A DNA stretch of 64,000 nucleotides, taken from NCBI GenBank assembly GCA_963793265.1, contig CAWBZI010000001.1:1836121-1900120 (forward strand), read 5' to 3'. Under the pieces are notes generated by a model that saw nothing but the letters and a program-made list of their open reading frames with translations, was not told the origin of the DNA and searched no databases. Position 1 is the first letter of the stretch; each line of letters opens with the position of its first letter. Shown piece by piece: positions 11,593 through 21,316 of the stretch. Made by a program: the position numbers and the translations under genes. The stretch is from an uncultured cyanobacterium. GTDB taxonomy: Bacteria; Cyanobacteriota; Cyanobacteriia; Phormidesmidales; Phormidesmidaceae.

Positions 11593-13473
11593 ATGACTTA
11601 TTTTTATAACTACATTTGGGGCACCCACAGCGACGACACTCTACAAGGTAAAGGCGGTAATGATGTCATCTTTGGTGGTGGCGGCGACGACAAGATTTTT
11701 GGGGGCGATGGTAACGACGTAATCTTTGGTGGTAGCGGTAACGATACTATTTTTGGTGGTGACGGTCGCGACGTTATATTTGCAGGCGATGGCGACGACT
11801 TTATTGTGGGCGGCTTTGGGCTAGATCGCATCCACGGCGGCAGCGGCAACGACACGATCTCTTGGGATAATCTCGACAGCGGCCTTTCTGTAGATCTAAA
11901 AAAGCAGCGAGTTCGCTTTAACACGGGCGGTAGCGAGCATTTCTCCTCAATCGAAAACATCATCGGCTCTCGTGGCGACGATGTGATTAAAGGTGACCAT
12001 TTCAACAATATTTTGCGCGGCAACCTGGGTAACGATCGCCTAGAAGGCAAAGGTGGTAACGATGTGCTCGTAGGGGGTGAGGGCAACGATCATCTAGCCG
12101 GTGGCGATGGCAATGACACGTTCTTTGGCGATGCTGGTGATGACAAAAGCATTGGTGGTAAAGGCTTTGACTTCATTTTTGGGGGTGAGGGCAACGACTT
12201 TATTGATGGCGGTAAAGACTTCGATAAAGTGGATTACAGCGAGTTAGGTGAAGCCATTACGCTCAAGGCAATGGGCGTGATTGATAAAGGAGCAGCAGGT
12301 AGCGATCGCGCCGTCAATATAGAAGAGGTGATTGGCGCAACTGACGAGCTGAACGTAATTGATGGCAGAATCGACGCTCCTAACGTTTCACTAAACGTCG
12401 ATCTAGGTACAAACAATCTGACCATCAAGAACGTACCGGGCGTAGGCGATCAGGTCTTTACCGTCCGCAATTTTGCTCAAGTTATTGGCACTGAGCAGGC
12501 AGATACGATTGTTGGCGATAAGAACAGCACAGAGAAAGTGTTCTTCTTTGGTAGAAGTGGCAACGACACGCTTCAAGGCGGCGGCGGTGATGATGATTTG
12601 TTTGGTGAAGAAGGCAACGACACGTTTGTTGGTGGCACAGGTAGCGACTTTATTAACGGGGGCCATGGCTTCGATACGGTAGATTACAGCGATCTGGGTC
12701 AGGCGGTTACGCTGCAAGGTATTGGTGTAGTTGATAAAGGCAGTACGGGCCGCGATCAGCTACGGGCTGTAGAAGAGATTGTTGGCGCGACTGGTCAGAT
12801 CAACAGAATCGACGCGGCCATGGCAGATAGCGGTATTGCGATTGATGTGGACTTGGGTGCCGAGACTTTGAGAGCTAGAGGCATTCCGGGTGTGGGCGAT
12901 CGCACCTACACCATCCGAAACTTCAGCGATATCAAGGGCACCGATCAAGGCGACTCCTTCTTAGGTGACAGCAACAGTACGAGCCGCGCCTTCTTCTTTG
13001 GCAGAGGCGGCGACGACCGGATTACCGGGGGTGCAGGCGATGATGACCTCTTTGGCGATGCAGGCGACGATACTATCCTGAGCGGCCAGGGTAATGACTT
13101 TATGGTCGGCGGCAGCGGCAACGACCGGCTCGTTTCACTCGGCGGTGCGAATGAGATGAACGGCAGTGATGCCCAAAGTGCAGGTTCTCATGAGCTAGAT
13201 GTTTTGGTCGGCGGGTTGGAGAGCGATCGCTTTGTTTTGGGTGACACGCAGCAGGCTTACTACAAGGCTAACGGCGACAGCGACTTTGCAGAGATTCGTA
13301 ACTTTGGCCTGGGTGAAGACCTGATTATTCTTCATGGTGCAATCAGTAGCTATGCGCTGAGCGTGAACGCAGGGGTAGCGGCGATTGATTATTTAGGCGA
13401 TCGCATTGCAATCGTTCAAGGTGCTGGTGCCAGTGGGCTAGCGCTAGAGGACAGCACGTTCAAGTTCGTCTAG
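11593..13473 (+). CDS. RTX-type calcium-binding repeat protein
   Basis: Many GGxGxDxhx nonapeptides, a 150-aa internal duplication, and a C-terminal T1SS-like tail. Confidence 0.88.
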   Translation: MTYFYNYIWGTHSDDTLQGKGGNDVIFGGGGDDKIFGGDGNDVIFGGSGNDTIFGGDGRDVIFAGDGDDFIVGGFGLDRIHGGSGNDTISWDNLDSGLSVDLKKQRVRFNTGGSEHFSSIENIIGSRGDDVIKGDHFNNILRGNLGNDRLEGKGGNDVLVGGEGNDHLAGGDGNDTFFGDAGDDKSIGGKGFDFIFGGEGNDFIDGGKDFDKVDYSELGEAITLKAMGVIDKGAAGSDRAVNIEEVIGATDELNVIDGRIDAPNVSLNVDLGTNNLTIKNVPGVGDQVFTVRNFAQVIGTEQADTIVGDKNSTEKVFFFGRSGNDTLQGGGGDDDLFGEEGNDTFVGGTGSDFINGGHGFDTVDYSDLGQAVTLQGIGVVDKGSTGRDQLRAVEEIVGATGQINRIDAAMADSGIAIDVDLGAETLRARGIPGVGDRTYTIRNFSDIKGTDQGDSFLGDSNSTSRAFFFGRGGDDRITGGAGDDDLFGDAGDDTILSGQGNDFMVGGSGNDRLVSLGGANEMNGSDAQSAGSHELDVLVGGLESDRFVLGDTQQAYYKANGDSDFAEIRNFGLGEDLIILHGAISSYALSVNAGVAAIDYLGDRIAIVQGAGASGLALEDSTFKFV

Positions 13474-13537
13474 GCTAAGTTCTGCTAGGTAGGCTATAGA
13501 TAGACCAACGAATCACTATTCATGTTTCAAGTCGCAG

Positions 13538-13565
13538 CCCTTTACGTACTTATGTATGTAGAGGG
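13538..13565. terminator. Hairpin between convergent genes, possible terminator
   Basis: CCCTTTACGTAC-TTAT-GTATGTAGAGGG stem-loop. Confidence 0.4.
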
Positions 13566-13633
13566 TCTTCTTCTGCTAGATCTGCCTTTTGCCCATTTAA
13601 CCTAAAGTGCTGAAGAAGCACTATTTTCTTGAC

Positions 13634-14074
13634 CTATAGCTGATACTCGATAGCAAACTTGATGCCGTAGTCAAACTCTTCGTCAGTACTTTCGGGAAAG
13701 TACTTAATCACGGGCACAGCTTCCATCGCCAGCCGATCAGAAGGGCTGTAGCGAATAGGAACCAGAAACTCAACGAGATCGCCGCTATTGACGAATAGCT
13801 CTGTATTAAGCCGCACTGCAAAAGTTACACCATTGCCATCATCAACGACTTCTTCTTCTAAGTCTTCGACACCGCCTTCTTCTATAATCGTTGAGTCATC
13901 GTCGCGTCTTACAGGATCTCTAGGATCTCTTTGAACAATCATTAGCTGCTCGGCTGTAGGGGTAGCTTCTGCTGATATGTCTTGAGCTGTTTCGTGAGCG
14001 ATCGCAGCGTTAGAACCGAAAGCAGCAAAACAAGTTAGGGCAACTGCCCCAGCAAATAGTGGCTTATACATCAT
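13634..14074 (-). CDS. Hypothetical exported protein
   Basis: Signal peptide (AIA|HE), acidic linker, C-terminal amphipathic beta-strands. Confidence 0.7.
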   Translation of the reverse strand: MMYKPLFAGAVALTCFAAFGSNAAIAHETAQDISAEATPTAEQLMIVQRDPRDPVRRDDDSTIIEEGGVEDLEEEVVDDGNGVTFAVRLNTELFVNSGDLVEFLVPIRYSPSDRLAMEAVPVIKYFPESTDEEFDYGIKFAIEYQL

Positions 14075-14244
14075 GGTAAATTCCTGAAAGGGAGGCCAAA
14101 CAGGCCCCGCGTTGGATTAGTCAGTCAAGTATTGTATTGACCGATACAATCCAGCATAATGTGGAGGCGATCGCACTCACTTCTAACTAAAGCAGTATTG
14201 TTGCAAATGATACTTTCTTTCGACTATTCCGCCCGACGGCTCCG

Positions 14245-15339
14245 CTATATCGTGCAATCTCTCGCGTCACGATTCTTCACAATCCGTACACCTGAATTAT
14301 CCCAGATAGCTTTAAATTCTTGCGAAACCGCTAGCGTATAGTCTTCGTGATACCAGCCTAAGACAGTTATTTCAGCTTCATCAGCAGTTTCTAAGAGTCG
14401 CCAGTTTCCCCCTTGCTCAAGCGGATAAAACGTCGTGCCATAGAGCCCAGTCGATTCACTACCTAGAACAGTAGGCAGCGGCTTTGCAGGTTTAAAAGGG
14501 CCCGTAACGCTATCGGCAACATACCAATACAGCGTAGAGTCTGTAACGTTCTCTGCGCCTACTTTATCGAGCCAGAGTGGATTTACAAATGCCTTAAAGC
14601 AAGAAAAGAACAGGTGATATTTGTTTTGAAAATAGATGACTTGAGGTCGCTCTAAATGGTAGAAAGGCCAGTCTACGCTGCCGTCTATCGAAGCGGCGGA
14701 CACCTCAGAATTTTCAACCATTAACGGGCCAGCGGCGGGTGGCAGAAGCTGGTAAGGGCCAGCAAGCCGATCGGCAACGGCTATGCCCAAGCCCCCCTGA
14801 TAGAGGGCTGAGCCTGTTAGAGACGCACAGAAAAACAGATAGTACTTTTGAGAATCAGTCGCTTTGACGACATAAGGATCTCGCCAGTGCAAATGATCAG
14901 ACCAGTTGCACCTACCACCGTAATTTAGCTGAGGACGACTCTTATCAGATGTAAGAGCGTCTTTCATTGATAGCAAAGGCTGAGCCAGTCGCTGCCAGTG
15001 CTCTCCATCTTTTGAAGTTGCTAAGCCAATAGCCTCGCTGGCAATATCGCTTTCGCTTGCTGCTGAGTAGAACAAGTAATAAGTGTCTTTCTCTTTATAC
15101 GTGCTGCCTGCAAACAGTCGCCCAGACTCCCAGCCAGATTCACGAGGCTCTATAACGGGGCCAGTGTGGTGCCACCGCTGAAAATCTGTAGAGGTTGCTC
15201 CGCAGATCCAGCTTGTTTTCCACCACGGATCTTGATCGGTGCGTCCGCTTAGGTAAAACAAACGATAGGTGCCATGATCTAGAAGAACCCAGGGATCCCA
15301 TCGAGGCGGATGAAGTTTGGCAGTCGGTGGATTTGGCAT
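14245..15339 (-). CDS. Clan GH-J (GH32/GH68-like) glycoside hydrolase, putative beta-fructofuranosidase
   Basis: WDPW, WRDPYVV and LERPQVIYFQNKYHLF match the three catalytic acidic motifs of five-bladed propeller GH32/GH68 enzymes. Confidence 0.75.
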   Translation of the reverse strand: MPNPPTAKLHPPRWDPWVLLDHGTYRLFYLSGRTDQDPWWKTSWICGATSTDFQRWHHTGPVIEPRESGWESGRLFAGSTYKEKDTYYLFYSAASESDIASEAIGLATSKDGEHWQRLAQPLLSMKDALTSDKSRPQLNYGGRCNWSDHLHWRDPYVVKATDSQKYYLFFCASLTGSALYQGGLGIAVADRLAGPYQLLPPAAGPLMVENSEVSAASIDGSVDWPFYHLERPQVIYFQNKYHLFFSCFKAFVNPLWLDKVGAENVTDSTLYWYVADSVTGPFKPAKPLPTVLGSESTGLYGTTFYPLEQGGNWRLLETADEAEITVLGWYHEDYTLAVSQEFKAIWDNSGVRIVKNRDARDCTI

Positions 15340-15544
15340 TTTCGTAACAGGCTTTATAACAGGACGCTAATTGATAGGAAAGATAACTACGAGTACATTG
15401 AGCACTGTACTCGATATAAAGGTCAAAATATAATGACAACAATTCGATACAAATCGTCTACAAAAGAAGAGATTTGCTGTACGAAAAAGCATGAAGTTTT
15501 ATGTCGTATCTTCATAATTACCTCCAAAGACGGGCCGAACGCAC

Positions 15545-15560
15545 TGTATTGAAATATACA
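15545..15560. promoter_or_regulatory. NtcA-type site
   Basis: TGTA-TTGAAATA-TACA (GTA-N8-TAC) in the divergent region upstream of the ggtB-like gene. Confidence 0.45.
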
Positions 15561-15674
15561 TTTAAGTATAGAGATTAAAAAGCTGTTAACACCGTAAAGT
15601 AGGCCGATTTCAGCCTCTTCTTTAGACCATTTATCTGGCCTCACAATGGGGCACCGCTCTTAGGTTCAAGACTT

Positions 15675-17090
15675 ATGTTTTTCACAAAGACGCTAGCGAA
15701 AAGGCTGGCATTAGGGCTAGCGATCGCCCTCCCTTTATCTGGCTGTAGCCAACCTAGTGCGACAGAAGCCGAAACAGAAACCACCCAGCCATCCGGTAGC
15801 AATACCGTCAGCATTTTAGGTGTGATTGTTGGTGAGCAACAGGCCCGACTAGAAGCGGCGCTCAAGCCCTTTGAAGATGAAACGGGTATAGATGTTATCT
15901 ACGAAGGCACAGATGCCTTCACTACCCTGCTGCCAGTACGCGTAGATTCAGGTGACTCGCCTGATATTGCCATGTTTCCTCAGCCGGGTTTGATGCGATC
16001 GCTCGCCGAAGAAGGCGCGCTGGTTCCGGTAACCGAAGTACTCAGCCGCGAAGACTTACAGCAGTACTATCCTGAAAGCTGGATAGATCTGTCTACTGTT
16101 AACGACAAAATTTACGGCGTTTGGTATCGCTCAGCGGTTAAAAGCCTGGTATGGTACAACCCCAAAGAATTTGCCAGAGCAGGCTATGAAACGCCAGAAA
16201 CCTGGGACGATCTGATCGCGCTGAGTGACCAGATTGTTGCAGATGGCGGCAGCCCTTGGTGCTTAGGCATGGAAAGCGGCAACTCATCAGGCTGGCCGGG
16301 TACCGACTGGGTAGAAGATATTGTGCTACATACCGCTGGCCCTGAGTTCTACGGTCAGTGGGTACAGCATGAGGTGCCCTTCAATGCGCCGCAAGTGCAA
16401 GAAGCCTTCGAGTATTTTGGCGAGATTGCGAAAACGCCAGGCTATCTCTACGGCGGTCAAACGGGCGCGCTTAGCATTCCATGGGGCGATTCTATCAACG
16501 GTCTGTTTAGCAAAAAACGAAACTCTGAGGAGCCCGAATGCTACATGCAAAAGCAGGGCAACTTCATTAGTAACTTTTTCCCAGAAGATATTGTGATTGG
16601 TGAAGATGTTGATTTCTTTCCAACGCCTACGATCAACCCTGAGTACGACAATGCGCTACTGGTTGCCGGAGACATTTTCTCTATGCTAAATGACACGCCA
16701 GAAGCAAGAAAGCTGATGGCCTATTTAGCCACACCAACGCCCCATGAAATCTGGGCTGAGCAGGGCGGGTTCTTATCGGCAAATAAGCAGGTAGATTTGA
16801 GCGTGTACCCTGACGAGCTGAGCCGTAAGCAGGCAGAGCTACTAACCACTGTCGAGGTTGTGCAGTTCGACGCTTCTGACTCTATGCCGGGCGCGGTGGG
16901 TACTGGCACCTTTTGGGCAGGCATGATGGATTTTGTTGCGGGCGATACGGCTGAAGAAGTCACCGACAAAATTGAGTTTTACTGGCCCGAAGAGAGATTT
17001 GAAGAAGAAGTAACTAAAGCCGACGATGAGGAAGTAGTCGGCACTCAATCAGCCGGTCAAGTCGTCAGTCATCAACTAGGAGATGAATAA
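15675..17090 (+). CDS. ggtB: Glucosylglycerol/trehalose/sucrose-type ABC substrate-binding lipoprotein
   Basis: Lipobox LSGC; VKSLVWYNP and PWCLGMESG...GWPGTDWVED; first gene of a BCDA-type operon. Confidence 0.75.
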   Translation: MFFTKTLAKRLALGLAIALPLSGCSQPSATEAETETTQPSGSNTVSILGVIVGEQQARLEAALKPFEDETGIDVIYEGTDAFTTLLPVRVDSGDSPDIAMFPQPGLMRSLAEEGALVPVTEVLSREDLQQYYPESWIDLSTVNDKIYGVWYRSAVKSLVWYNPKEFARAGYETPETWDDLIALSDQIVADGGSPWCLGMESGNSSGWPGTDWVEDIVLHTAGPEFYGQWVQHEVPFNAPQVQEAFEYFGEIAKTPGYLYGGQTGALSIPWGDSINGLFSKKRNSEEPECYMQKQGNFISNFFPEDIVIGEDVDFFPTPTINPEYDNALLVAGDIFSMLNDTPEARKLMAYLATPTPHEIWAEQGGFLSANKQVDLSVYPDELSRKQAELLTTVEVVQFDASDSMPGAVGTGTFWAGMMDFVAGDTAEEVTDKIEFYWPEERFEEEVTKADDEEVVGTQSAGQVVSHQLGDE

Positions 17091-18073
17091 TGGACAGTAA
17101 TGTCTCTTTAATTTTAAAGGCGCTGCTGGCGATCGCAATCGGTTCGTTTGGTGTGATTGGCATTTTTTACGGGCTTAATATTCTCGCTGAGAAGCTTTTG
17201 CCCGAACGTGCCCGAATGCGTGTGCTGCCGTGGATATATGTAGGCCCGGCTGTGCTGCTGCTAACCGCTTATTTAGTGCTGCCGACGCTGCGCACCTTTT
17301 ATCTCAGCTTTTTTGGGCCTAGCTCCAGCCGGTTTGTCGGATTACAAAACTATATCTTCGTACTGACCGCGCCTGATACCCTCACAACCTTTCGCAACAA
17401 CTTGCTGTGGCTGGTGTTGGTAACTGGCGTCAGCGTGTTTTTGGGCCTGGTGATTGCGGTACTTATCGACCGCGTGAAGTACGAGCAGGTTGCTAAGTCG
17501 CTGATTTTTCTGCCGATGGCAATCTCTTTTGTAGGGGCAAGTGTTATCTGGCGGTTCATCTACGCCTATCGCCCTGCGGATGCTGAACAAATTGGCGTAC
17601 TCAATGCAATTGTGACCGGCTTGGGCTTTGAGCCGGTGGGATGGTTAGTGAATCCGGCCATTAACAACTTTGCGCTGATTGCCATCATGATTTGGCTACA
17701 AACGGGCTTTTGCATGGTGCTGCTCTCTTCGGCAGTCAAAGGCGTTCCCGACGATGTGTTAGAAGCAGCCCGAGTAGATGGCGCTAGTGAAGTGCAGATC
17801 TTTTGGCGAATTATTATTCCGATGATTATGCCGACGATTTTGGTGGTTTCAACCACTGTTATTGTGCTGGTGCTCAAAGTCTTCGACATTGTGTTTGTGA
17901 TGACCGGCGGTAACTTAGGCACTGATGTCATCGCCAGCCGCATGATTAGAGAAATGTTCAACTTTAGAAACTACGGGAGAGGCAGTGCGATCGCCGTAAT
18001 TCTCCTAATTGCTGTCATCCCTGTGATGGTGGCTAACATTCGCAGATTTCGCCAACAGGAGCTAAACCGATGA
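17090..18073 (+). CDS. ggtC: Sugar ABC transporter permease
   Basis: KSLIFLPMAISFVGASVIW and EAARVDGA loop. Confidence 0.75.
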   Translation: MDSNVSLILKALLAIAIGSFGVIGIFYGLNILAEKLLPERARMRVLPWIYVGPAVLLLTAYLVLPTLRTFYLSFFGPSSSRFVGLQNYIFVLTAPDTLTTFRNNLLWLVLVTGVSVFLGLVIAVLIDRVKYEQVAKSLIFLPMAISFVGASVIWRFIYAYRPADAEQIGVLNAIVTGLGFEPVGWLVNPAINNFALIAIMIWLQTGFCMVLLSSAVKGVPDDVLEAARVDGASEVQIFWRIIIPMIMPTILVVSTTVIVLVLKVFDIVFVMTGGNLGTDVIASRMIREMFNFRNYGRGSAIAVILLIAVIPVMVANIRRFRQQELNR

Positions 18074-19020
18074 CCAGTGCCACTCCGATACCACCCGATC
18101 AAGCTGCGAACAGAAAAGAGCCGCAAAGAGATCCACAGCCTAACTATGTGGCAAAGCGTAAAGAACAGTCCAAGTTTGAAAAGTTCATGGCCCGCCTGCC
18201 GGTACACGTCGCGGTCATCACAATTGCTGTGCTGTGGACACTGCCCACGTTCGGCTTACTCATCAGCTCATTTCGTCCGCCCGATGCGCTCAACAGCAGC
18301 GGCTGGTGGACGGTATTTGCCAATCCTTTTGAGTTCACACAGTTCACGCTGAGCAACTATCAAGAGGTGCTAGATGCGGGGATGGGCCAGGCGTTTTTGA
18401 ACAGCCTAGCGATTTCGATACCGGCTACCGTGATTCCAATTGCGATCGCCACCTTTGCCGCCTACGCCCTCTCCTGGATGGACTTCCCCGGTCGCCAGGC
18501 CATCTTCATCATCACCGTGGCCCTACTGGTTGTACCATTGCAGATGACCCTGATTCCAATTTTGCGGGCCTACAACGTTCTAGGCATTTCGAGTACGTTT
18601 CTGGCCGTATGGCTAGCACATGCCGCCTACGGTTTGCCGCTGGGCGTGTATTTACTGCGTAACTATATTGGCTCACTGCCGCGAGATTTGATTGAGGCGG
18701 CGGCTGTTGATGGGGCCTCTTATCTCAATGTGTTCACCCGCATTATTGTGCCGCTGAGTATGCCTGCGATCGCTTCTTTTGCCGTGTTCCAATTCCTGTG
18801 GGTATGGAACGATCTGCTAGTAGCGCTGGTGTATTTGGGTGGTAATCAGGAGGTTGCTCCGGTGACGCTGGTGCTGAGGAATATTGTGGGCGATCGCGGC
18901 CAAGACTGGTTCCTCCTCACCTCCGGCGCATTTATCTCCATGCTCGTACCGATGGCCGTCTTCTTTGCCCTACAGAGATACTTCGTTCGCGGCTTACTCG
19001 CTGGTTCCGTCAAAGGCTAA
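18070..19020 (+). CDS. ggtD: Sugar ABC transporter permease
   Basis: EAAAVDGA, FQFLWVWNDLLVA, LQRYFVRGLLAGSVKG. Confidence 0.75.
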   Translation: MTSATPIPPDQAANRKEPQRDPQPNYVAKRKEQSKFEKFMARLPVHVAVITIAVLWTLPTFGLLISSFRPPDALNSSGWWTVFANPFEFTQFTLSNYQEVLDAGMGQAFLNSLAISIPATVIPIAIATFAAYALSWMDFPGRQAIFIITVALLVVPLQMTLIPILRAYNVLGISSTFLAVWLAHAAYGLPLGVYLLRNYIGSLPRDLIEAAAVDGASYLNVFTRIIVPLSMPAIASFAVFQFLWVWNDLLVALVYLGGNQEVAPVTLVLRNIVGDRGQDWFLLTSGAFISMLVPMAVFFALQRYFVRGLLAGSVKG

Positions 19021-19057
19021 TTCATTATTCATTCCTTATTCCTTATCCTCTTCCACC

Positions 19058-20164
19058 ATGTCTAGCGTTGTTTTTGAAAAAGTTACCAAGCAATACGAGA
19101 ACGGCTACACCGCCGTCAAAGATCTCAATATCAATCTTGAAGACAAAGAGTTTTTGGTGCTAGTCGGCCCTTCTGGCTGCGGTAAAACGACCTCTTTGCG
19201 AATGCTTGCAGGACTCGAAGATATTAGCAGCGGCAGCATTTATATTGACGGTCAGCGCGTGAATAATGTAACGCCAAAAGATCGCGATATTGCGATGGTG
19301 TTTCAGTCGTACGCGTTGTACCCGCACATGACCGTTGCCGATAATATGGGCTTCAGCCTAGATCTTAAGGGTGTACCTAAGAAAGAGATTCGCAAAAGAG
19401 TTGAAGAAGCGGGCAAGCAGCTCGGCATTGAACAACTGTTGGATCGTAAGCCTAAGCAGCTATCGGGTGGTCAGCGGCAGCGGGTGGCTTTGGGCCGGGC
19501 TATTGTGCGATCGCCCGCCGTTTTCCTAATGGACGAGCCGCTCTCAAACCTAGACGCTAAGCTTCGTGTACAGGCCCGAGCTGAGCTGAGTGAACTGCAC
19601 AAGAAAGTTGGCACTACCTTTGTTTATGTCACGCACGATCAGGCCGAAGCAATGACGATGGGCACTCGCATTGCGGTAATGAACAAGGGCATATTGCAGC
19701 AGATAGATTCGCCTCAGAATGTGTATGAGCACCCTAACAACATATTTGTTGCGGGCTTTTTGGGCAGTCCGTCAATGAACTTCTTTGACGCCCAGCTCAT
19801 TCAAAGCAACGGCGAACTCATCATCAAAACAGATGGCGGCATCTCAGTGCCCATTCCCCCCAACCGGCTTGAGCGCTATCGCGAATTCTCCGGTCGTCCG
19901 GTTGTCTTCGGCATTCGCCCCGAAGGCATTTACCATCCGCAGTACGTGCCCCCCGGCATTGAGCCTGTGAGCATTCCAGCGACTGCCAAAACAGTAGAGC
20001 TAATGGGATACGAAGTCATCGTCTACTTCACCCTCGCTGACGGCACAGAGTTTATTGCCCGCCTAGATCCTAGAGCCAAAATCTCTCCAGGCGAACAGCT
20101 CAACCTCCAGTTTGACCTGACGCGCTTTCACCTGTTCGATAAGGACAGCGAACAGGTTATCTAG
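19058..20164 (+). CDS. ggtA: Sugar ABC transporter ATP-binding protein (MalK/GgtA-like)
   Basis: GPSGCGKT, LSGGQRQRVALGRA, MDEPLSNLDAKLR, C-terminal TOBE domain; start at ATG 19058. Confidence 0.75.
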   Translation: MSSVVFEKVTKQYENGYTAVKDLNINLEDKEFLVLVGPSGCGKTTSLRMLAGLEDISSGSIYIDGQRVNNVTPKDRDIAMVFQSYALYPHMTVADNMGFSLDLKGVPKKEIRKRVEEAGKQLGIEQLLDRKPKQLSGGQRQRVALGRAIVRSPAVFLMDEPLSNLDAKLRVQARAELSELHKKVGTTFVYVTHDQAEAMTMGTRIAVMNKGILQQIDSPQNVYEHPNNIFVAGFLGSPSMNFFDAQLIQSNGELIIKTDGGISVPIPPNRLERYREFSGRPVVFGIRPEGIYHPQYVPPGIEPVSIPATAKTVELMGYEVIVYFTLADGTEFIARLDPRAKISPGEQLNLQFDLTRFHLFDKDSEQVI

Positions 20165-20192
20165 TGAGATGCTCGCATAAAACGCCTTCGAG

Positions 20193-20273
20193 TGACGACC
20201 TCACAATTCTTAAAAAGCTTAAGGTAGCAGTACTTTAAGCTTTTTGAGAACGTTGAAAATTGGAATGTCGTCA
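20193..20273 (+). terminator. Long hairpin just after ggtA (terminator or 3' stabiliser)
   Basis: 20-bp stem 20207-20226/20231-20250 (two G-U pairs), GCAG loop, outer TGACGAC/GTCGTCA helix. Confidence 0.55.
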
Positions 20274-20473
20274 GGATTACGGCTGGTGATGAGGCATCCT
20301 TTATAACTTCTTGATCAACCCAGTTAGCACCTGCATCTCTTCCCAAGGAATGAAACACCTCAGCATCCGCGTACGGGCTTAGAATAAAAGGCTTAAGTCC
20401 AACAACGCACCTCTCTAGTGAATGATTGTTTCACTTAGCTCCATTTTCTTGTAGGAATGTGATTAATAAGCAC

Positions 20474-20506
20474 AAAAAGAGCACAAGACTTTTTACGCCT
20501 GCGCTC
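20474..20506 (-). terminator. Intrinsic terminator of the DUF4383 gene
   Basis: Minus strand GAGCGCAGGC-GTAAAAA-GTCTTGTGCTC followed by TTTTT. Confidence 0.55.
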
Positions 20507-20551
20507 CTAATCTGCGAACCTGTACAGTCGTTTGACTGCTGTTTATTAAGA

Positions 20552-21052
20552 CTAGACCTGAGGCTCAGGTAGCTCGTCTACATGATTTTTGTGCCAAACG
20601 AAGGCGTAGTAGGCAGCGATCGCACCTGTCACCGCGTTGAGCCAAACGTTATTACCAAAGATAGGCATGATGCCAAAGAGCGTGTTTGAGAAAGGCAACA
20701 GACCCATGATGGCCAGCAGGAGATAGCTGATCGCAAAGAAGCGGTTGTAGTTAAACGCACCGCGAGCACCTGTCGCTGAATATAGACCAAACAGCCCAAC
20801 AGCTAGATGAGTGATATTGTGCAGCAAGTTAGTGGGAAACAAACCAAACAAGTAGCCGAATCCGCGTAGGTAGGCCGCAGCATAGTTGGCCCCAGCCGAT
20901 GCCGGAATTTCGTCTGCGGTGATGGGCGCTGCGTTGCTAACCGCCGTAGAGGGTAGGGTCACCAGATCTGGGATGAAGCCAGCAATGCCAATTATTGTAA
21001 AAATCAGCCCGAGCGCCAGCGCGCATTTCTTTTCACCAGTCAAATTATCCAT
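20552..21052 (-). CDS. DUF4383 family membrane protein
   Basis: GIAGFIP, LFGLFPTNLLHNITHLAVG, four TM helices; GGAGA RBS upstream. Confidence 0.8.
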   Translation of the reverse strand: MDNLTGEKKCALALGLIFTIIGIAGFIPDLVTLPSTAVSNAAPITADEIPASAGANYAAAYLRGFGYLFGLFPTNLLHNITHLAVGLFGLYSATGARGAFNYNRFFAISYLLLAIMGLLPFSNTLFGIMPIFGNNVWLNAVTGAIAAYYAFVWHKNHVDELPEPQV

Positions 21053-21316
21053 GTATTCTCCTTTTGTTGATAAACACTTCTCTCCGTATTGTGAGAAAGC
21101 TCACGTCTGATTTCCTCTGTCTAAAATGAGAGGTGTAGGTGAGCCGTGTTCTGCAAAAAGGTCGAGGGCTGTGTAAGTGCGCACCTTCTAGGTCTGTCTG
21201 TTGCGATGATGTCTCTCTTTTGATAGCGATCGCCTCTACTGATAGGTGAATGCCAAAGGCGAGGTCTATCCGCCATTGTGATTAGCTAAAGATATGAAAA
21301 GACGACTACCGCATAC

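Noticed and set aside
15390..15413. LexA box
   Set aside because: AGTAC and GTACT are 10 bp apart, wider than the cyanobacterial RGTAC-N3-DGTWCB consensus.
19021..19056. Degenerate heptamer run (TTCATTA/TTCCTTA) before ggtA
   Set aside because: Short STRR-like low-complexity tract, common in cyanobacteria.
20161..20358. 65-aa minus-strand ORF
   Set aside because: Spans the long hairpin after ggtA and has no recognisable motif.
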